The notes under the pieces were generated by a model. That model was not told where the DNA came from and did no database searches. It saw nothing but the letters and a program-made list of their open reading frames with translations. From positions 62,001 to 126,000 of the forward strand of contig JABANN010000007.1 of the NCBI GenBank assembly GCA_013115125.1: a stretch of 64,000 nt of DNA, read 5' to 3'. Source of the DNA: Perkinsus olseni (Eukaryota). Of the stretch, positions 16,903-30,842 are shown one piece after another. Each line of letters opens with the position of its first letter. Position 1 is the first letter of the stretch. Made by a program: the position numbers and the translations under genes.

Positions 16903-18775
16903 TTACTCGTAACCACCTCCGCCACGCCAGCTGCTCCTGCCTCCACTATCACCACGCTGCCTATTATCGTATGAGGATCCTCTGCCGCCGCCACCATCTT
17001 TACTCCAATAGTTGTTATTATTATTCCAACTACTATTATCCGAGGAATTCTGAGAGATAGTAAAACGATGCCTCCCACAGTATTCTGCTATCATTATTAC
17101 CCTCCATGCTGTATTAGTATTTCCACCCCACCTATCACTGTATGAGTGCACCTATCATCCATCCTCAAGATTCCTCTGGTAGTAGTACTGCAGACTAACC
17201 TGGCCGAAGTTGACAGCTTGAGCGTAGATCTCATCTTGTGACGGTAGAGGAGGACCGCGAGAGCTGATACCGACCTTCTCCACATGACGCCATTCAAAAC
17301 CTAAAGAGGCTGCTTTTGAGTAACCTCATTGACAGACGGTGACACGCCTACCAGAGGGTGCATTGGTACCATCGTCTTGCGTGCCACTGCCCGGAATAGT
17401 CTTCACCGCTTCATCTAAGAGTACTAGCGCTATAGGAATGCTCCGTGCCGGTATGATTGTTATTACCCATAGCCCCTCCTTGACCTTGGTCGGCCTTGTC
17501 AAAGTCCTCAAGTGCCGCTTTAAGTTGATGAATTAAGTTATGACCAGCCAGATTCATATCTTTCTGACGGACCTCAGCAGCCTGCACTGGACGATCAGCA
17601 AGCGGAAGAAGAAGAAGCTCGGCCTGTATGACCTGGATGACTCGAGAGAGCTGCTCGAACTTCTCCTGGAACTTCCTCTTCTCATCCACTACTTTAGAGA
17701 GAGTCATTGCATACTCCTTCTCTAGATCTGCTACAACCTCAGGATCGGCGAACTTGGCTGCCTCTGCACAAAAAAAAGAAATGCGGAGAAACCAAGAACC
17801 GCCGAGTTACCCTCTTGTCGCCTCTTCTCCCTCTCTTCTTTGGTCTCCTTATCCTCCTCTTCGACCACAGCAGCATCTCCATCATCCTTGCCCATAGTGC
17901 CTTTCCAGGCACCTCCCCATTCACCCTTGCTCTTATTCTTCCAATCATTCTCTCCCCACTTGCCGGTGGTCTCGTCCTCCTCCTTCTTGTTACCACCGTC
18001 CTCTTCACGCCAAGGCTTCTCATCCTTTATTTCAACCCATCTGCCATTCTCATCTTTCTGCCACTTCTTCCCATCATCCTTCCAATTCTTCCATCCCTTC
18101 TCACCATTGTCACCGCGGCTCTTCCACCCACCACCACGTCCTCTCTCCCACTCGGATGAGCGGCCCCGCTTCCACCCGGACTCCTCATCACCGTTCCAGT
18201 CATTGCTCCCATGCCACTTGTCCTCACCCGACTCCTCGTTAGCAGCAGCAGAGTTATCCAAAGGAATAGCCGGTAGAATCTCAGAGGCCTCAACTTTCTC
18301 CTCAGTGCTCGGCTCGTCTTCGTCACCTTCTTTCTCACCGGTCTCAGCAGCATGATGAGAGGCAGGCTCCAAGATCGAGCCGTGCTGAGCGTCCCCATTT
18401 TCCTGGACGGAGGCAGTCGGCTCAGCATCAGTTTTGGCGGAAGGTGAGGGGGTGTCGACATGGGTGCTCGATTCACCAGGGCTGCCGCTACTGGAATTCG
18501 CATTTTCCTTCTCCAGACTGAAAGAGACAACCGTCGGGTAGTCCTTGATGTAGTCAGCAGCACTCACGTCTTGGCCAGAGGCTCTTCCTGCGCCTCTTCC
18601 TCCTGTACCGGAGCCTTATCGTTGTTGGGGGTGGTTGAGGCAACAGCGGCAGCAGCAGCCGTAAGCTGCACTTCTTTCAAGCCTCCATCAGCATCGTCTA
18701 CCTGCCCAGCATTAATGGTACCATATTCTAGGTCAACAGTATTACCCCCACCCTGTCTGTCTCAAGCACCGCCAT
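16903..18775 (-). CDS. Multi-exon low-complexity protein: acidic N-terminus, Trp/Gly/Lys-rich region, coiled coil, RGG-like tail
   Basis: ATG at ~18775 (MAVLETDRVG); GGGWKSRGDNGEKGWKNWKDDGKKW; KVVDEKRKFQEKFEQLSRVIQ; ends GGGGRGSSYDNRQRGDSGGRSSWRGGGGYE*. Confidence 0.7.
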
Positions 18776-18955
18776 ACCGGACACAACCTCAGCTGACATC
18801 GAGGAACACGCACCACAAGCAACTACAAACGGAGAACGTTACAGCAAACGACAAGACGACGACGATGTGGAGGAGGACGTAAATTGAGTCGATGTAACGA
18901 GCGCTCGCCCTGATAATCGATGCAACTCGACCCGGTTGTCTCCTCATCTTCACCA

Positions 18956-20305
18956 ATGTCCGAATCCAAAGAGAGCCTATCACGATCAGAAGATGGCAGA
19001 GCACTCCAAACGAATGCTCAGAATGTGCCACCTTTGAACGTACCTCCTTGCGGTACTGCTGATTCACAGCAGCCTTTACGACTTCCTTCGCAGTCTACCG
19101 CCTTCCAAGCAGCAGCACGCACGAGAGCCTTCTCCGCGGGTAGCAGGTCCGAGGACGTCGACTCCTTGGTCTACTCTAACGTCAGTTCTACTACCTATAG
19201 ATTGAGGACTGATGGCAATGATAACAGCAGTAGATGCGCATCAGCATATAGCCGTACGTCGGCAGACTCCCTTAGAGTCCATCCTGCATTATCACCTAGC
19301 CCTCCCACCAGCCCTATTAACGATGTTGCCACGCCCAAAGGAGCAGAGCATACTATGAGCTGTGACTATGATGATGGGGAGGAGGAGGACGGTGGGGACT
19401 CGACGATGAAGTATCGTTCTATGAGTGGCTCTTCCCAGAAGCGAACTACCAAGTGTAATTGCGTTGTGATGTAACGGCCCTTCTTGCTTGGACCCCTTGT
19501 CTGTTGCACCTTCTGTATAATACCAATGCTCTTACCATTCTTGTATCTTTCACCACATCTCTTTGTCGAGTTCCTCTCCCACCCCTCCTCACCATGTGTC
19601 TTCAGCTTGTCTGTTTATTCGGCTTCCAATTCTGCGATCGAATCATGACTGTCGATGGACCGAGCGCTGTTAACGTGTCCGAGAAGGGAAGCGTGCCGCC
19701 GCGCGGCATTCCCTTGAGAAAGCAAGTCAGGTGGTGTGAGACTAGGTTCGCCGAGAATACCAGAAAGTCCGCTACTGACTTGGCCCTTCCTGACCGAGAG
19801 AGGGCGATGGTAGTAACGGAAGATTTCAAGAGATCACCCTCGTTGGTTTCGGCCCGGGGGATTCCGCTGTCGTCGGGACTGACTTTTTGCCCTTTCAGTA
19901 TTGCTGCGAGTACGGTGGGTTCCTTTTGAGCGGGTACGGCGTCCATGCCAGTGTCAAGGAAGCTTTAAAATGGTTGTAATACCCGGGGTGCTCTGGAAGA
20001 CGTCCGATTCATGAGTTTTGTGATGCAGGAGAATCGCGACGGGCCTCGGGGACCTCGAGGCTGCGGCTTTAGTGCAGACCTTCAGCTGCTACGACGATCT
20101 AGATTCTGAGTCTGATTCCGAATCGACAACTTCTAGTAGTGGTTCGGATGATGATGATGATAGCAGCAGTAGTTCCGAGACGGAACTCGGGAAGCTCGAT
20201 GAGGATGATGATCTGCACAATGCCGATAGCTATGCTTCAAGCAGCAGTACTAACGGGATTACACGGTTTCATGAGACGGGTCGTCACTCTGGTGCTCGCT
20301 GTTGA
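18956..20305 (+). CDS. One or two Ser/acidic-rich hypothetical genes
   Basis: ORFs 18956-19474, ~19644-19929 and 20072-20305 have protein-like low-complexity composition; no recognisable domain. Confidence 0.35.
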
Positions 20306-20699
20306 TCGCTTTTGGGAACGTCAGCTTCACTTTCCTTTATGAATAGTATTCGACTGGTCCGTTCGGATAACTGCCATGATACCAGTGGTATCTCGGACTG
20401 TCGTTTTGATGTTCATCTCGTGTCAGGCACAGACTGTCTTTGCGGATCCCCGTAGACGGGTGATTACATTCCGCCGTAGCTATAAGATATTATTGCCGTC
20501 GAGACTGTAGTACAGTAGAAGTCCTATTTCACTCCTTGTTAACGACTCGGCGATCGTCAGCAGTATTATTATCCGCCGTTCTGATGCGTCCCGTGCCGTG
20601 TTAACCGACATTTTTTCAAGGGCAGTGTTTCGCATAGTCCGGTCGAACCGTTTTGCCTGCCTTCAGTTACAGCCCTTACAGTTTCATAGTTTTAAGGCA

Positions 20700-21800
20700 A
20701 TGGCGGCGGCTCAATCGCTCAATCTCATGTCATATCAGCTGCTACGCGCTAATTATTGGGCGCGGCATGAGCTTTATCGGCTTACATGGGTAGTAATTGG
20801 ACGCATAGGAACCGGTCGCTACTAGGACCAGCATGTCTCCTGTGTGAACCTCGCGGCCAAGTGAGGATGAAAAAATCTTCAGTGAACTGCCCGAAGTGGT
20901 ACATGACTGCTGCTGAGCGGGCGGTGGCCTATGCTGCTCAGCTGTCACTAAGAGTGCCCCTCAGACTATGCTACGTCAGAATCGGCGGCAGTCTCTGCTG
21001 CCATTTGATGACTTCATGGGCGGTGCGACGCATGCTTATCGTTTCATGTAGTATCTTCCGGCCGTGAGTGATATCCATAGGGCGTGTGTTCAGCCACGAC
21101 CAAATCCTCCAAAGCGGGTTAGACTCGAGAGGAAGGTACTGGTCGCAGTCCAGCCAAGCCTTGAAGGAAGTTTTATCCAGTAGCAACTCATTGCCTCTGA
21201 TTGGCGCGCATGCCATGTCGCTATCAGACCAGCTATTCCAAACCTTGGCCGACGCGGCCGATTCTTCGAAGCACGATGGGTTCCTCATGGACCAGCATTC
21301 TGAGCTCAAGGATATCGAAGCGTACATGTGCGTTGGGGATCGCCATCGGACAGTGATCGGCATAGAGCGTACTCACGTATCCGTATTCCAAGAGATTGAC
21401 GATGAGAGTTCACTACCGATCAGTGTCTATTCTCGGCTCATCGTCACTTTCCAACATTCTCAGGTACGGCCTGAACTTGCCTGACCGTTTCCCCCGTCGC
21501 TTAAAGAGCGACCGGCGGCCCGATGAAGACACCGATCTAGTGCTGCGAGAGGATGCGTACTAACTCGGCTTGACTTATCCGTCCAATCGACACCTCCCTC
21601 AGAGTTGACGCTGCCAGACCTACCGATGTGACACTCACGGTCGGGGTCAAATATCTCATATTGCATGACAGCCAACGAGGCCTCAAGCGGCGAGTCGATA
21701 CTATGGTACGCAACATCACTTTCATTATAGCCAGATAGGTGTAGTTAACTTCAGGTGTTCAGAGCTCCGTGGAACGATCGGGACGGCGTGGGAGACTGGA
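20700..21800 (+). CDS. Multi-exon hypothetical protein; ends approximate
   Basis: ATG at 20700 (MAAAQSLNLMSY), a 138-aa open stretch at 21068-21484 and plausible splice sites. Confidence 0.4.
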
Positions 21801-21959
21801 CCGTAGTCGAAATTTGTTAAAGCCAATTGTACTATACTTCGCGGTTATTCAATGCTTACTGTATTAATTCTGTAGCATCCTCGTCTTTGAGTTGGAACGC
21901 AGTCATTGTAGTGGATTAGCTACTTGCAATAACAAAAAGCAGTTGTTGATTGGATAAAA

Positions 21960-24900
21960 CTAGCACTTCGTTAAAGGGACAGAATTACGATGTGCTGACG
22001 ACGCCGGAGAGCAAACGTGACCACAATTAGGTGATGGACAAATCTCATACTTCTGAGTGGTGAACCAATCAGTCATATGCATCACATGGCCGCCATGACC
22101 GCACACTTGGCAGGCCAACCAGAGACCTTTCACATTCTTGCCGCACACCACCTGAATAATGCAATAACGGATTATCCCCAGGGCTGCTGTCTCCCTACGC
22201 ATGATCTGTTATTCTTATGACAATGGCTGCAGAGGGCTTTATCGGACCCAACGCCGCACTCCTTACCACAAGACGTACAACGTGTTTTTACACCTGTGCC
22301 TGAGAGGAGACGGATAGGATGGATTGTTGGCGTCTGGTGTTGAGTTGGCGTGGTCACCTGCGTGGCTGATTCCAGCGATATCCTCATACGCTGCACATGC
22401 ATTGGTGAATGATGTTGCCAAGTCCCATAATCGTAACCGACGTAAAAGTGTTATATAATTGACACCTAGAACATGCGATAGATGTGGCAGCAGCAGCAAC
22501 CTAGTGGAGACCATTGTTACATGAGATAGATAACTGCCTCTCACAGGACTCCTCGTCATCTTCACTGCTGAATATACCGCAATTGAGTTTAACCAGTAGC
22601 ATAATGATACACATGACGATGTCGCCGAGAGTTTGGTAAAATACGGTAGCTGATTCCAGTACTCTAGCTAGCCATAATATTTGTGGATCGTGGTGGTGGC
22701 CGCCGTTGCTGACACCACCGCAATGGCCTTGGAGCGAAGCCGGGCCTGAGGACTTCGTAGACGTCGACGAGTGAGTTGGTGAGGCGCATCCGAGTAGCAT
22801 CTAAACGATCATGAATAGAGCCTGTTGGAGTAAGGCACAATAATAATGATCGTACATCACGGCGGGCCTCCTCGATAGCAGTGGGTTGTTGACACTGCTG
22901 GAAAATCCAACACAGAACCCTGAACAGATCCAATTTGCCACTGGTGAATCGCGAAGTACATATTGGATCTTCTCGGAACTGGTCCTGCAACGAGGAAGAG
23001 CGCTGCCCTGTACGAAGGTCGAAATAACGCAACGTGATGACGAGAGCGTCTTTCTCAGGATGAAGAGCCCCGTTACTTACTAGAGAGTTTAGTACTATCT
23101 CCTGGCGGGACATGCCGGGAGGTCTGGAAGAGATGCTACGCACTAATCTAGTCAATGGATGGCAGAGGTCCACGAGTGCCTGCATGAGGATGATGATGAT
23201 CGGAAAGCAGAGAGCCTCAATGCCACCTGAAGGTCTTCGGCAGATCCTCTCTGCGTCTCGAGACGTTGAACTATACAGGTTCTTGACGCTACTGGTGCTG
23301 CTGTTACTGCTGCATGCTCGGTGCCACTACCCCCTGAGCGAGCGGTGCAGCTGCCATACAGGAGCTCTTGTAGGTTGTGGAAACCACCTTGGGTGGTGGT
23401 CACCAGCGAGCCCCCGACATCAGACTCTTCCCCCACGTTACCAACACTGTTGGCCCCCTCGGTCGTCAGGGCATCTTGTGTAGGGACGACCAAGGACGGT
23501 TTAGGAGACCTTCCTATCGGGGCTACTACCTCACCGTTGACCAGCTGTGGACCTGAGGTATCGTCAACACCCGCCGCAACTACCATCATGACGGGATAGC
23601 GGACAGCCTCACTTTGTCTCTGGTCCGGTTTGTTACTCGGGGGGATGTGAAAATTGTATGTTGTTGTTGTTGTTGTTGTTGTTGTCGATGATGATGCCTT
23701 GGCCGCGGTAGGAGGGAGCGGTGGGCGGCGGCCTCGTGTGGGTGGAGGTGTCCTAGACCTCGGACTACGAGGCCTCGATATCGCCGCATCCATACCCCCT
23801 TCATAGGCGAATCGATTGAAGCACTGGAGAGCAGCTGGATGGTGAGCCTCCCGGGTATAGCGTACGTATTACCCTAATCCTATCTGCTCTGGGTGGGAAC
23901 CCGCGGGGGGATATGAGCTTACTCCGATCACTTGACGGTGCTGCTGCTGTTGACGATCGCTGAACTGCATGATAAGGACTGCTCCAGCTAGCAACATTAG
24001 GAGTGCATCTCTCACCTCCATGAGAAGGGTTATTGTCCGCATCGATGCACTTATGTAGATCGACTTCACACGGGCTCTGTTCTATCGGATCACCAGCCTT
24101 ACGTGATGTACTGACTGGGAAACCTGAAGTAGGAACAGCGACAGAGGGCAATGCTCATCAGACTACAGCTGAGAGGACCCACCATTCTGGGCGACCCTCT
24201 GCATATCCAGATCGTCATGAATCGTGACGAAGGTGGTCCTATCCACTGTGTCGCAGACCTGATTAGAAGGACTCCTCATCACCAGGTTTCGAGCTCTGTC
24301 CACCATTACATCAGCAACTGTATTAACAAGTTCCCCTTCTCTACTGCCAGCAGCAGTACCATCTCCACCAGCCGGCACATGCGCTTTGCAGAAGGAGAAG
24401 GATATGTTAACAGTACGAAGGTTCTCTATTGGTATTGTTGCATCCCGTAGTGCATGCATTCTAACTGTACAGTCCTTGCTACCTATCAAGGGAACACAAT
24501 GACGACGCTGTTGTTGAGTGGAGCAGTGAGGTTCTCCTCATCCTCCTCCTCCTTACCCGAGACAATGTGATGATTATCAGCCCAGAACATATCCACAATA
24601 GAATCAGCATGGGAGTTGAAGACATACCCCGGCATGTGTGGCATACGCAGGTCCCATACATTGACAGTACTATCCATAACACTGTGACAGCTTGCCAGAT
24701 GGACACCAGAGCCCGGACGCCATCGTACAGCCCATAATGATGATGGGGATCGTAGCTTAATACCGGGGGACTCGCATGGAGTCCTGGTGTCATATATTCT
24801 TATATACCGATCACGACCAGCAGCGGCAAAGACATTATCATCCACAGATGAGTAACGGGCCGAGCATACACTATCCAAACTTGCTGTTATCTTCCGAGGC

Positions 24901-26120
24901 TTGGGCCTCACGAGGTGCACCCCAGCTGCAGGCGTACTCGTGCCTGATGGATGATGATGATGATGATGCAGTGGCATTGCATGCTGGGCGGTGGTGTCAC
25001 AGGGCGTACTGTAGATTTCCACACTGCCATCATCATTGGCACAGAGGATCTGACAGGTGCCATTGAAAGCCGGTACTGCCTCGATGTCTCTGACGGCGGG
25101 GAGGTTCATCAACCGTATGCTACCACGGCTATCCCCTCTGAAGCGGACGGAGAATTGGTAGAGCGAGGCGGCCCGTGGCATCGGTTAAAGCCTCCTACCT
25201 CAGCTGAGCGTAGGTGAGGTGGGCACGCCATTCATGGTCACCAGCCTCACCAACATTGGACCGCTTACCCTGACAACGACAGCTGCTGCTACTGTTGCTG
25301 CTGCTGAGAGCCTATTCCCAGCCTACCTTGTATGATGGTAAGCTCGATACTGTAAGGTTACCCTCTTGTCCGGCCGATAGGAGGTAGGATGGCGAAGGTT
25401 CTGATGGTGCATGGTCTTAGGCATACCATCCAGGGCATCCTGTACTCACCAGAATCCCGACGCTGCGGCATAAAGCACATTGCGGTAACCGCTCTCGGGT
25501 GGGCCATCCAACGCTCAATCTGATGATGATTATTTTGATGATGGGCATCCCTTCCCTCGCCGTTGGGGGGAGGAGGGGTATTAGACTACCTACCACTGGA
25601 GAATAGCTCATGTTCCTGTAGTCCCAGACGAAGACCTGACCGTTGCTGCTTCCAGTACAGGCAATATGGTCAACCAAGGGATGAATCTAAACATTAAGAT
25701 AGGAGCGCAGGGAGGGTGTTGGGCACGATGCTCTCCAACCGCCTTACTGCAGCTGCTGTAACGTTGAACTTGTTCTTCAAGTTACGTATCGTCCTCAGAC
25801 CCCGTGCCTCCATGTCCGCTACTCTGAATGTGCGAGATGAGGCCACGGTGAGGAGTATGGTGAGTAGAGGACTACTTGAGCATAGCCCGACCGCCAACCA
25901 CTACTGCTGTACTGTGAGGTGATGGCGCTAATGTGGTGATGCCCATCTCGAACTTCTCCTTCCATACCGGCGGTGTTCGATGGGGACCCGACATACGTAC
26001 GGTGGTAAATGGAGAGTACGACGACGACGATAGTGGCAGTAGCCACCTCAAAGCCAACCACTACAACAACAGCGAATGAGAGCACAGCTGCTGCAGGGCT
26101 GCCCTAGATGTAGAGAGCAT
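21960..26120 (-). CDS. WDR24: WDR24/Sea2(Rtc1)-like GATOR2/SEACAT subunit: N-terminal WD40 repeats, C-terminal RING-like zinc finger; start approximate
   Basis: WD motifs IACTGSSNGQVFVWD and FAAAGRDRYIRIYDTR; WAVRWRPGSGVHLASCHSVMDSTVNVWDLRMPHMPGYVFNSHADSIVDMFW...GSKDCTVRMHALRDA matches the WDR24 pattern; C-terminal CTSCG..CSHC and VCGKNVKGLWLACQVCGHGGHVMHMTDWF..CPSPNCGHVC. Confidence 0.8.
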
Positions 26121-27049
26121 GTAGGACGAATGAATGGCGCTGGTGCGTTCGAGCATTCGAGCATTGCTGCCTCTAATGTCATATTGAGATAGGGGAAACG
26201 CAGGCGACGGGAAAACGATGTACCCGGCGCGTTCTCTTCTCCTACTCAACTACGAATATCCGGGGCTGTGGTAGGGCAGCAGCGGCAGCAGTCTAGAGCA
26301 GCGATAGAGGAGAAGAGGTACCTTCCCAGAGGAAGGTCAGTAGCATAGTGATGCCAGGGATGGTACAAGAGACGGCCACACAATTGATGACTATCTAACT
26401 CAAGAGGTGATCACAAGCATGAACAGCCTAATACCATTATCATGGGAAGCCCCCATTGAGGGATGGACATCATCATCAGCAGCAGCATAAGAAAAAGGTC
26501 AGCGTGCGGATCATAAAATGAGGCAATCAGGGTGATGACGCTCGAAATGTAAACGACGAGAAGGCGTCTTGTATCTGCTGCTCCTGTTGCTGTTGCTGCT
26601 GCTGCTGCTCCGAGGAGGATGAGGCAGGGTTATCATACCTACAGAGCAGCCACACCATTAGCATCAGAGTCCCGATTAGAGTGCCCAGTAGGAGAGGCCA
26701 GGGTACTACGGGGCAGGGTTGCTGTCTTCAGCTCCGCCGCCTCTTCCGACCACCGCAGCCTTCCCCTGCCTTCCCAACTCTCGCAATCGAGCTGGGAGGA
26801 AGTTATTGCGGCGGACAATGATCCTTCTAATGTCAGGCTCTGTGACGAATATAGATCCTACGAGATGGCACGCTGCTGTTGCTGCTGGATATGAGCTGGC
26901 CGCCTGCTCACTATCACCTGTATAAATGGACCTCCTCACACGGTTAGGGAAGTTTGTGATGCATGAATCGAGTACTGTGAGGCCTGTGGTGGCCTGCCGA
27001 GGCCATAGTTGGAGACGATGGTTGTCTCTGCGCGGAGCCTTGAGTATCG

Positions 27050-29822
27050 TTACCGTAGTAGCAGACTTACCTGTCGGCTACGTAGAGAGCCTTGCTGACC
27101 GGGTCCAAGGCGATACCACAGGGATGATGAAGGTGTGTGGCTAGGTGACCAGAGAAGCCATCTGGGGAGCCTACACAGAGTATCGCTCAGTCGCTCATGG
27201 GCTGCTGCCCCCCAGCACCCACCAGCCACTAGCTGACCCGCCTCACAGGTCGCCGAAAGGCCGTCCGATGACAACTCCCATCTGAGAACTCTGTGGTTGC
27301 CATAGTCGCACACCTGACGAGATCATCATCATCGTATCACTCTTGTGAAGCACATGGCGGCGGTCCTACATAAATGCAGTCACCGTCCAGGGCAAGATCG
27401 ATCGGGCATTGGAACTGCGAGAGGGACGACCCACGGCCTTGGCCACCGCAGACCACGGTCCCTGCTGGAGAAAGGAAGATAGCATGAGAACGGGCATCAA
27501 GTCTACTACCCTTGAGCGGCCCTCTACCGGTCTTTGACGTTGTTGATATATCATAACCCATGACTCGTTGGTTGCCTGTATCAGCCACATAAAGAATTCT
27601 CCGGCTTCTGTCAATGTCACAACTCGCTGGAGCGTATAGATCAAACATACCGCTACCAGGATTTGAACCCGCCACCAAACGGCCCTGACGGAGTAGTACG
27701 ATCGGCCATCAGCTAACCACGAAAACGTAAGGAAGACTCACGATTTTGCCACGGCCATTAGCCGGCCAAGCCACGACTCTGTCGTTCCCTCGGTCGGCGA
27801 TAAAGATCTCCCCTCCAAACTCCACTGCACTCATAGGCTCAGATAGGTGCTCTAGTGTGCTGCCTGAGCCAGTGCCATCACGCAAGCCGCCGCCGCCGCC
27901 GCCAAGTCATAGGCCTTGCATGGGACGATTGCAGCCCTTGACCTACCTTTCTCGCCCTTCCCTGCGATAACGCGGGTTGATGGTGGGTACGGGTGGGCTG
28001 GTGAGCGCTCTACTGTGATTGAATCCCTACCCCGTCTAGATCCTGGTGGCAGCTCATCGATGCGGAGGACTCGATGCTCACCCCAATCGACCTGTAGAAG
28101 AGTGAGAACAGAGGGCGGGTATGGGTATGACATCACCAGGAAGGAATAGCCAGCCTCCTCATTAGGTACCACGTCTATCGGCATAGGCCCGCCCTCGGTC
28201 CTAGCCAGCCAGTTGTAGCACAACCAACCTTCATATTGACCACAGCCCTGACGGTCAAGCGGGCTATGTACAGGTGTAAACACAGGTCCTACCGCTCCTG
28301 GTCGCCACATGGGGTAACAAGAACGACGATTGGCAGGTGAACGGTTATCTAGATGTTGTTGGAGGGCCGATCGCAGTAGAGACTGGAGGACGGTATCTAG
28401 GTAGTACAGGGTATGCGGCGGGAGGAGGGCGTCTTCGAAAGGGGGGGGGCACTCACCACATCGCCCAGGGTCGGCCATGAGCACCGATAGCGGTGTGGAC
28501 TGGAGCATCGCCAAAGCGATAGCCGACATGAGACCGAAGCGGATCTGATATGGCAGCCGATGAGGGGCACGAAGTGGTGATGTAGCTGACGAGTGGTAGT
28601 AGGGAGTCCAGATGGCGTTCACTGTCTCCTCGATCCCTCCGTGCTGCGGACCATTTACACAGAGCGAACATCACCTGGACTCGAGAGCGGTACCCGATGC
28701 AAAGGACTGTGGTGAAGGGTACCTGATCCTCAGTAAGTTGACGGTCAATAGCGCCCTTCTCCAGGACCATAGACCCGGAAATACCACCAGAGAGGTCATC
28801 GTCCAATAACAAAAGCATGAGGATCTGCAAGGACATCATAGGAGCGATGGAACGGGCTGCGCTTCCTACCGAGGGTGGGATACGTGAAAAGTCGGGTGCC
28901 ACTACAAGCTGTCCGAACCTCTTCGCAGCATACTTGGATACAGCCGTCCATAGTGCGCCAGTATCCTGGAGCACCTAACGAGGTTGAAGTCAGCAGTCCA
29001 AAGCCCAGGAAACCCTCACGGAGCCTTACCGGTCCACACTCGACCAACAAACGTACGCAAAGCTGGGTATCAAGTACGTTGCTGAGTAACTCAGCAGTCG
29101 GCAGCAGAATTCGACGCATCTCGAAACTGTGGGCCGCCAGTAGCAACTCCGGCAGGCGTGCGGACTGATGGAAGGGTGGTCAACGCTCTATCAAGGCTCA
29201 GCAAGGCTCACAGGCAGGGTCGTATCGCAGCCGTAGGCGAAGTCCACGATGCACCGGAGAAGATCCGAGTCCAGGGACTCCAGCCTCAGGTGTAGGACAT
29301 CACCAACCACAGGCTGATTCGTAGTCACACTGGTCATCACAATGGCCTCTCTGAAACCACTACTACTAGATAGTAGCGCGGCTAGGTAGGTACTGAAGGC
29401 CGACAAAACGACCTTATGGGCGTGGAACTCCACACCATCATTGGACCTGACCCCAACATGTCCACTGCTGCTTTCCACCACTACTGCTGGCCTTACGTCA
29501 ACACGACATCGCACCAGGTTCCCGCCTTTCTAAGACGATTAATCTCAGATAAGAGGGTGGTATTAGCATCTGGGGCTGAGGCGTTGAGGTTATCGAGCCC
29601 GAAGGCCTCTCACATCGACCTACCTAGTTTGAGGACGGCCAGGCTATCACTGCAGGGTCCTTCCTCCCCAGCACGTTCAGACTCATTATCAGAGTCGTAG
29701 GGGTGTAGAGGGAAAGGTGTCTGGTCGATAGCCTGGCTATTACCGGCTACGGGAGCTGCATCCACCGGCGAGCTAGCAGTAGTGAGGGTGGGAGGAGAAG
29801 TGGGCGAATTGTTAGATTCCAT
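27050..29822 (-). CDS. BTB/POZ + BACK-like + NHL-repeat protein, multi-exon; 3' end approximate
   Basis: BTB: VGVRSNDGVEFHAHKVVLSAFSTYLAALL...LRCIVDFAYG. BACK-like: LLLAAHSFEM...LWTAVSKYAAKRFGQLVVAPDF. NHL: LYAPASCDIDRSRRILYVADTGNQRVMGY, FQCPIDLALDGDCIYV|CDYGNHRVLRW, IFIADRGNDRVVAW. Confidence 0.8.
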
Positions 29823-30065
29823 AAAGGAGATTAGCTGAATGATAGTTGTAGTAGGGCAGACGAGAAGGGCTCCTAGAGACGGCGCTGGTAACACCACAGA
29901 GAGTAAGCAAAGGATAGACATGTAGGGCACGGTGTTCGGACATAAAAAGCAAAGAGAAGCTGCTCATGTACATTAGCAGTACTCTCAAGATGCATAACAG
30001 TAGTAGCAGAAAAAGGCACAAGATTCACAATGAATGGTAGAATGGCCGCCGCCTACACAGCACAG

Positions 30066-30842
30066 GTCACGATCTGTTACTGTCAGACCGATGATGAGAA
30101 TGGTGATAATGATGGCCTCCTCCGCCGCCGCCGATCTTCAACTTGGATCGTTCCTTTTCCTAATAGACTCACATGAGGTTGTACTGCGCATGATGGTTGA
30201 GCCTACTCTAGACCCATCCCTTCCTTCCCTATGCCGCGAGGGATGGTGTCTCGACACCTTTTCGGCGTCCTCATCTGCGCCACCTTCCCTTCTGTGTTTG
30301 TCCACAATTTTCGATGGCGGGCTGTCATCTCGATAGGCAGGATGGACCTTGGAGGTGGGCTCGGGACTACGGGATGGTCTATGATGGTGATGCGGCTGCT
30401 CCTGCTGTCGCCGACCTGAACATTAAGTACTAAGCGTATACTCACAAGGGGTATGCACACCGTCCCTAGTCCCGGTCTTGGGAGCGTCCCTATTGCCCGA
30501 CCTGCTGCGGTCCGGATGGCCAAGGAGCTTGCTCCTACCAGAGGTACGGTGGCGAGGTTGACTGCTATCGGGTGCCCTTCCTCACTTGACATCCACCTTG
30601 GTCGGTCCTGCTCCTCCTTTTGCCCTGCTCCGCTCCGCCTTCCTCAGTTCGTCTTCTTTAGCACGACTACGCTTTGCTCTGCGACTGTGCTGCAGGGCAA
30701 ACAACGCCACTAGCGTGACGAGAAACCCCACTATGAAGAGCACTCCCCAGGAGACCCACACTGACGTGTAGGAGGGCGTAGCCTCAATTACTAGAGGAGT
30801 CGACGGTGGTGGTCGGAGACCCGAGGGCGGAGACTGGTGCAT
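30066..30842 (-). CDS. Small single-pass membrane protein with a charged, His/Arg-rich tail (multi-exon; 3' end approximate)
   Basis: Hydrophobic helix VWVSWGVLFIVGFLVTLVALFAL followed by basic HSRRAKRSRAK; GT donor at ~30584. Confidence 0.55.
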
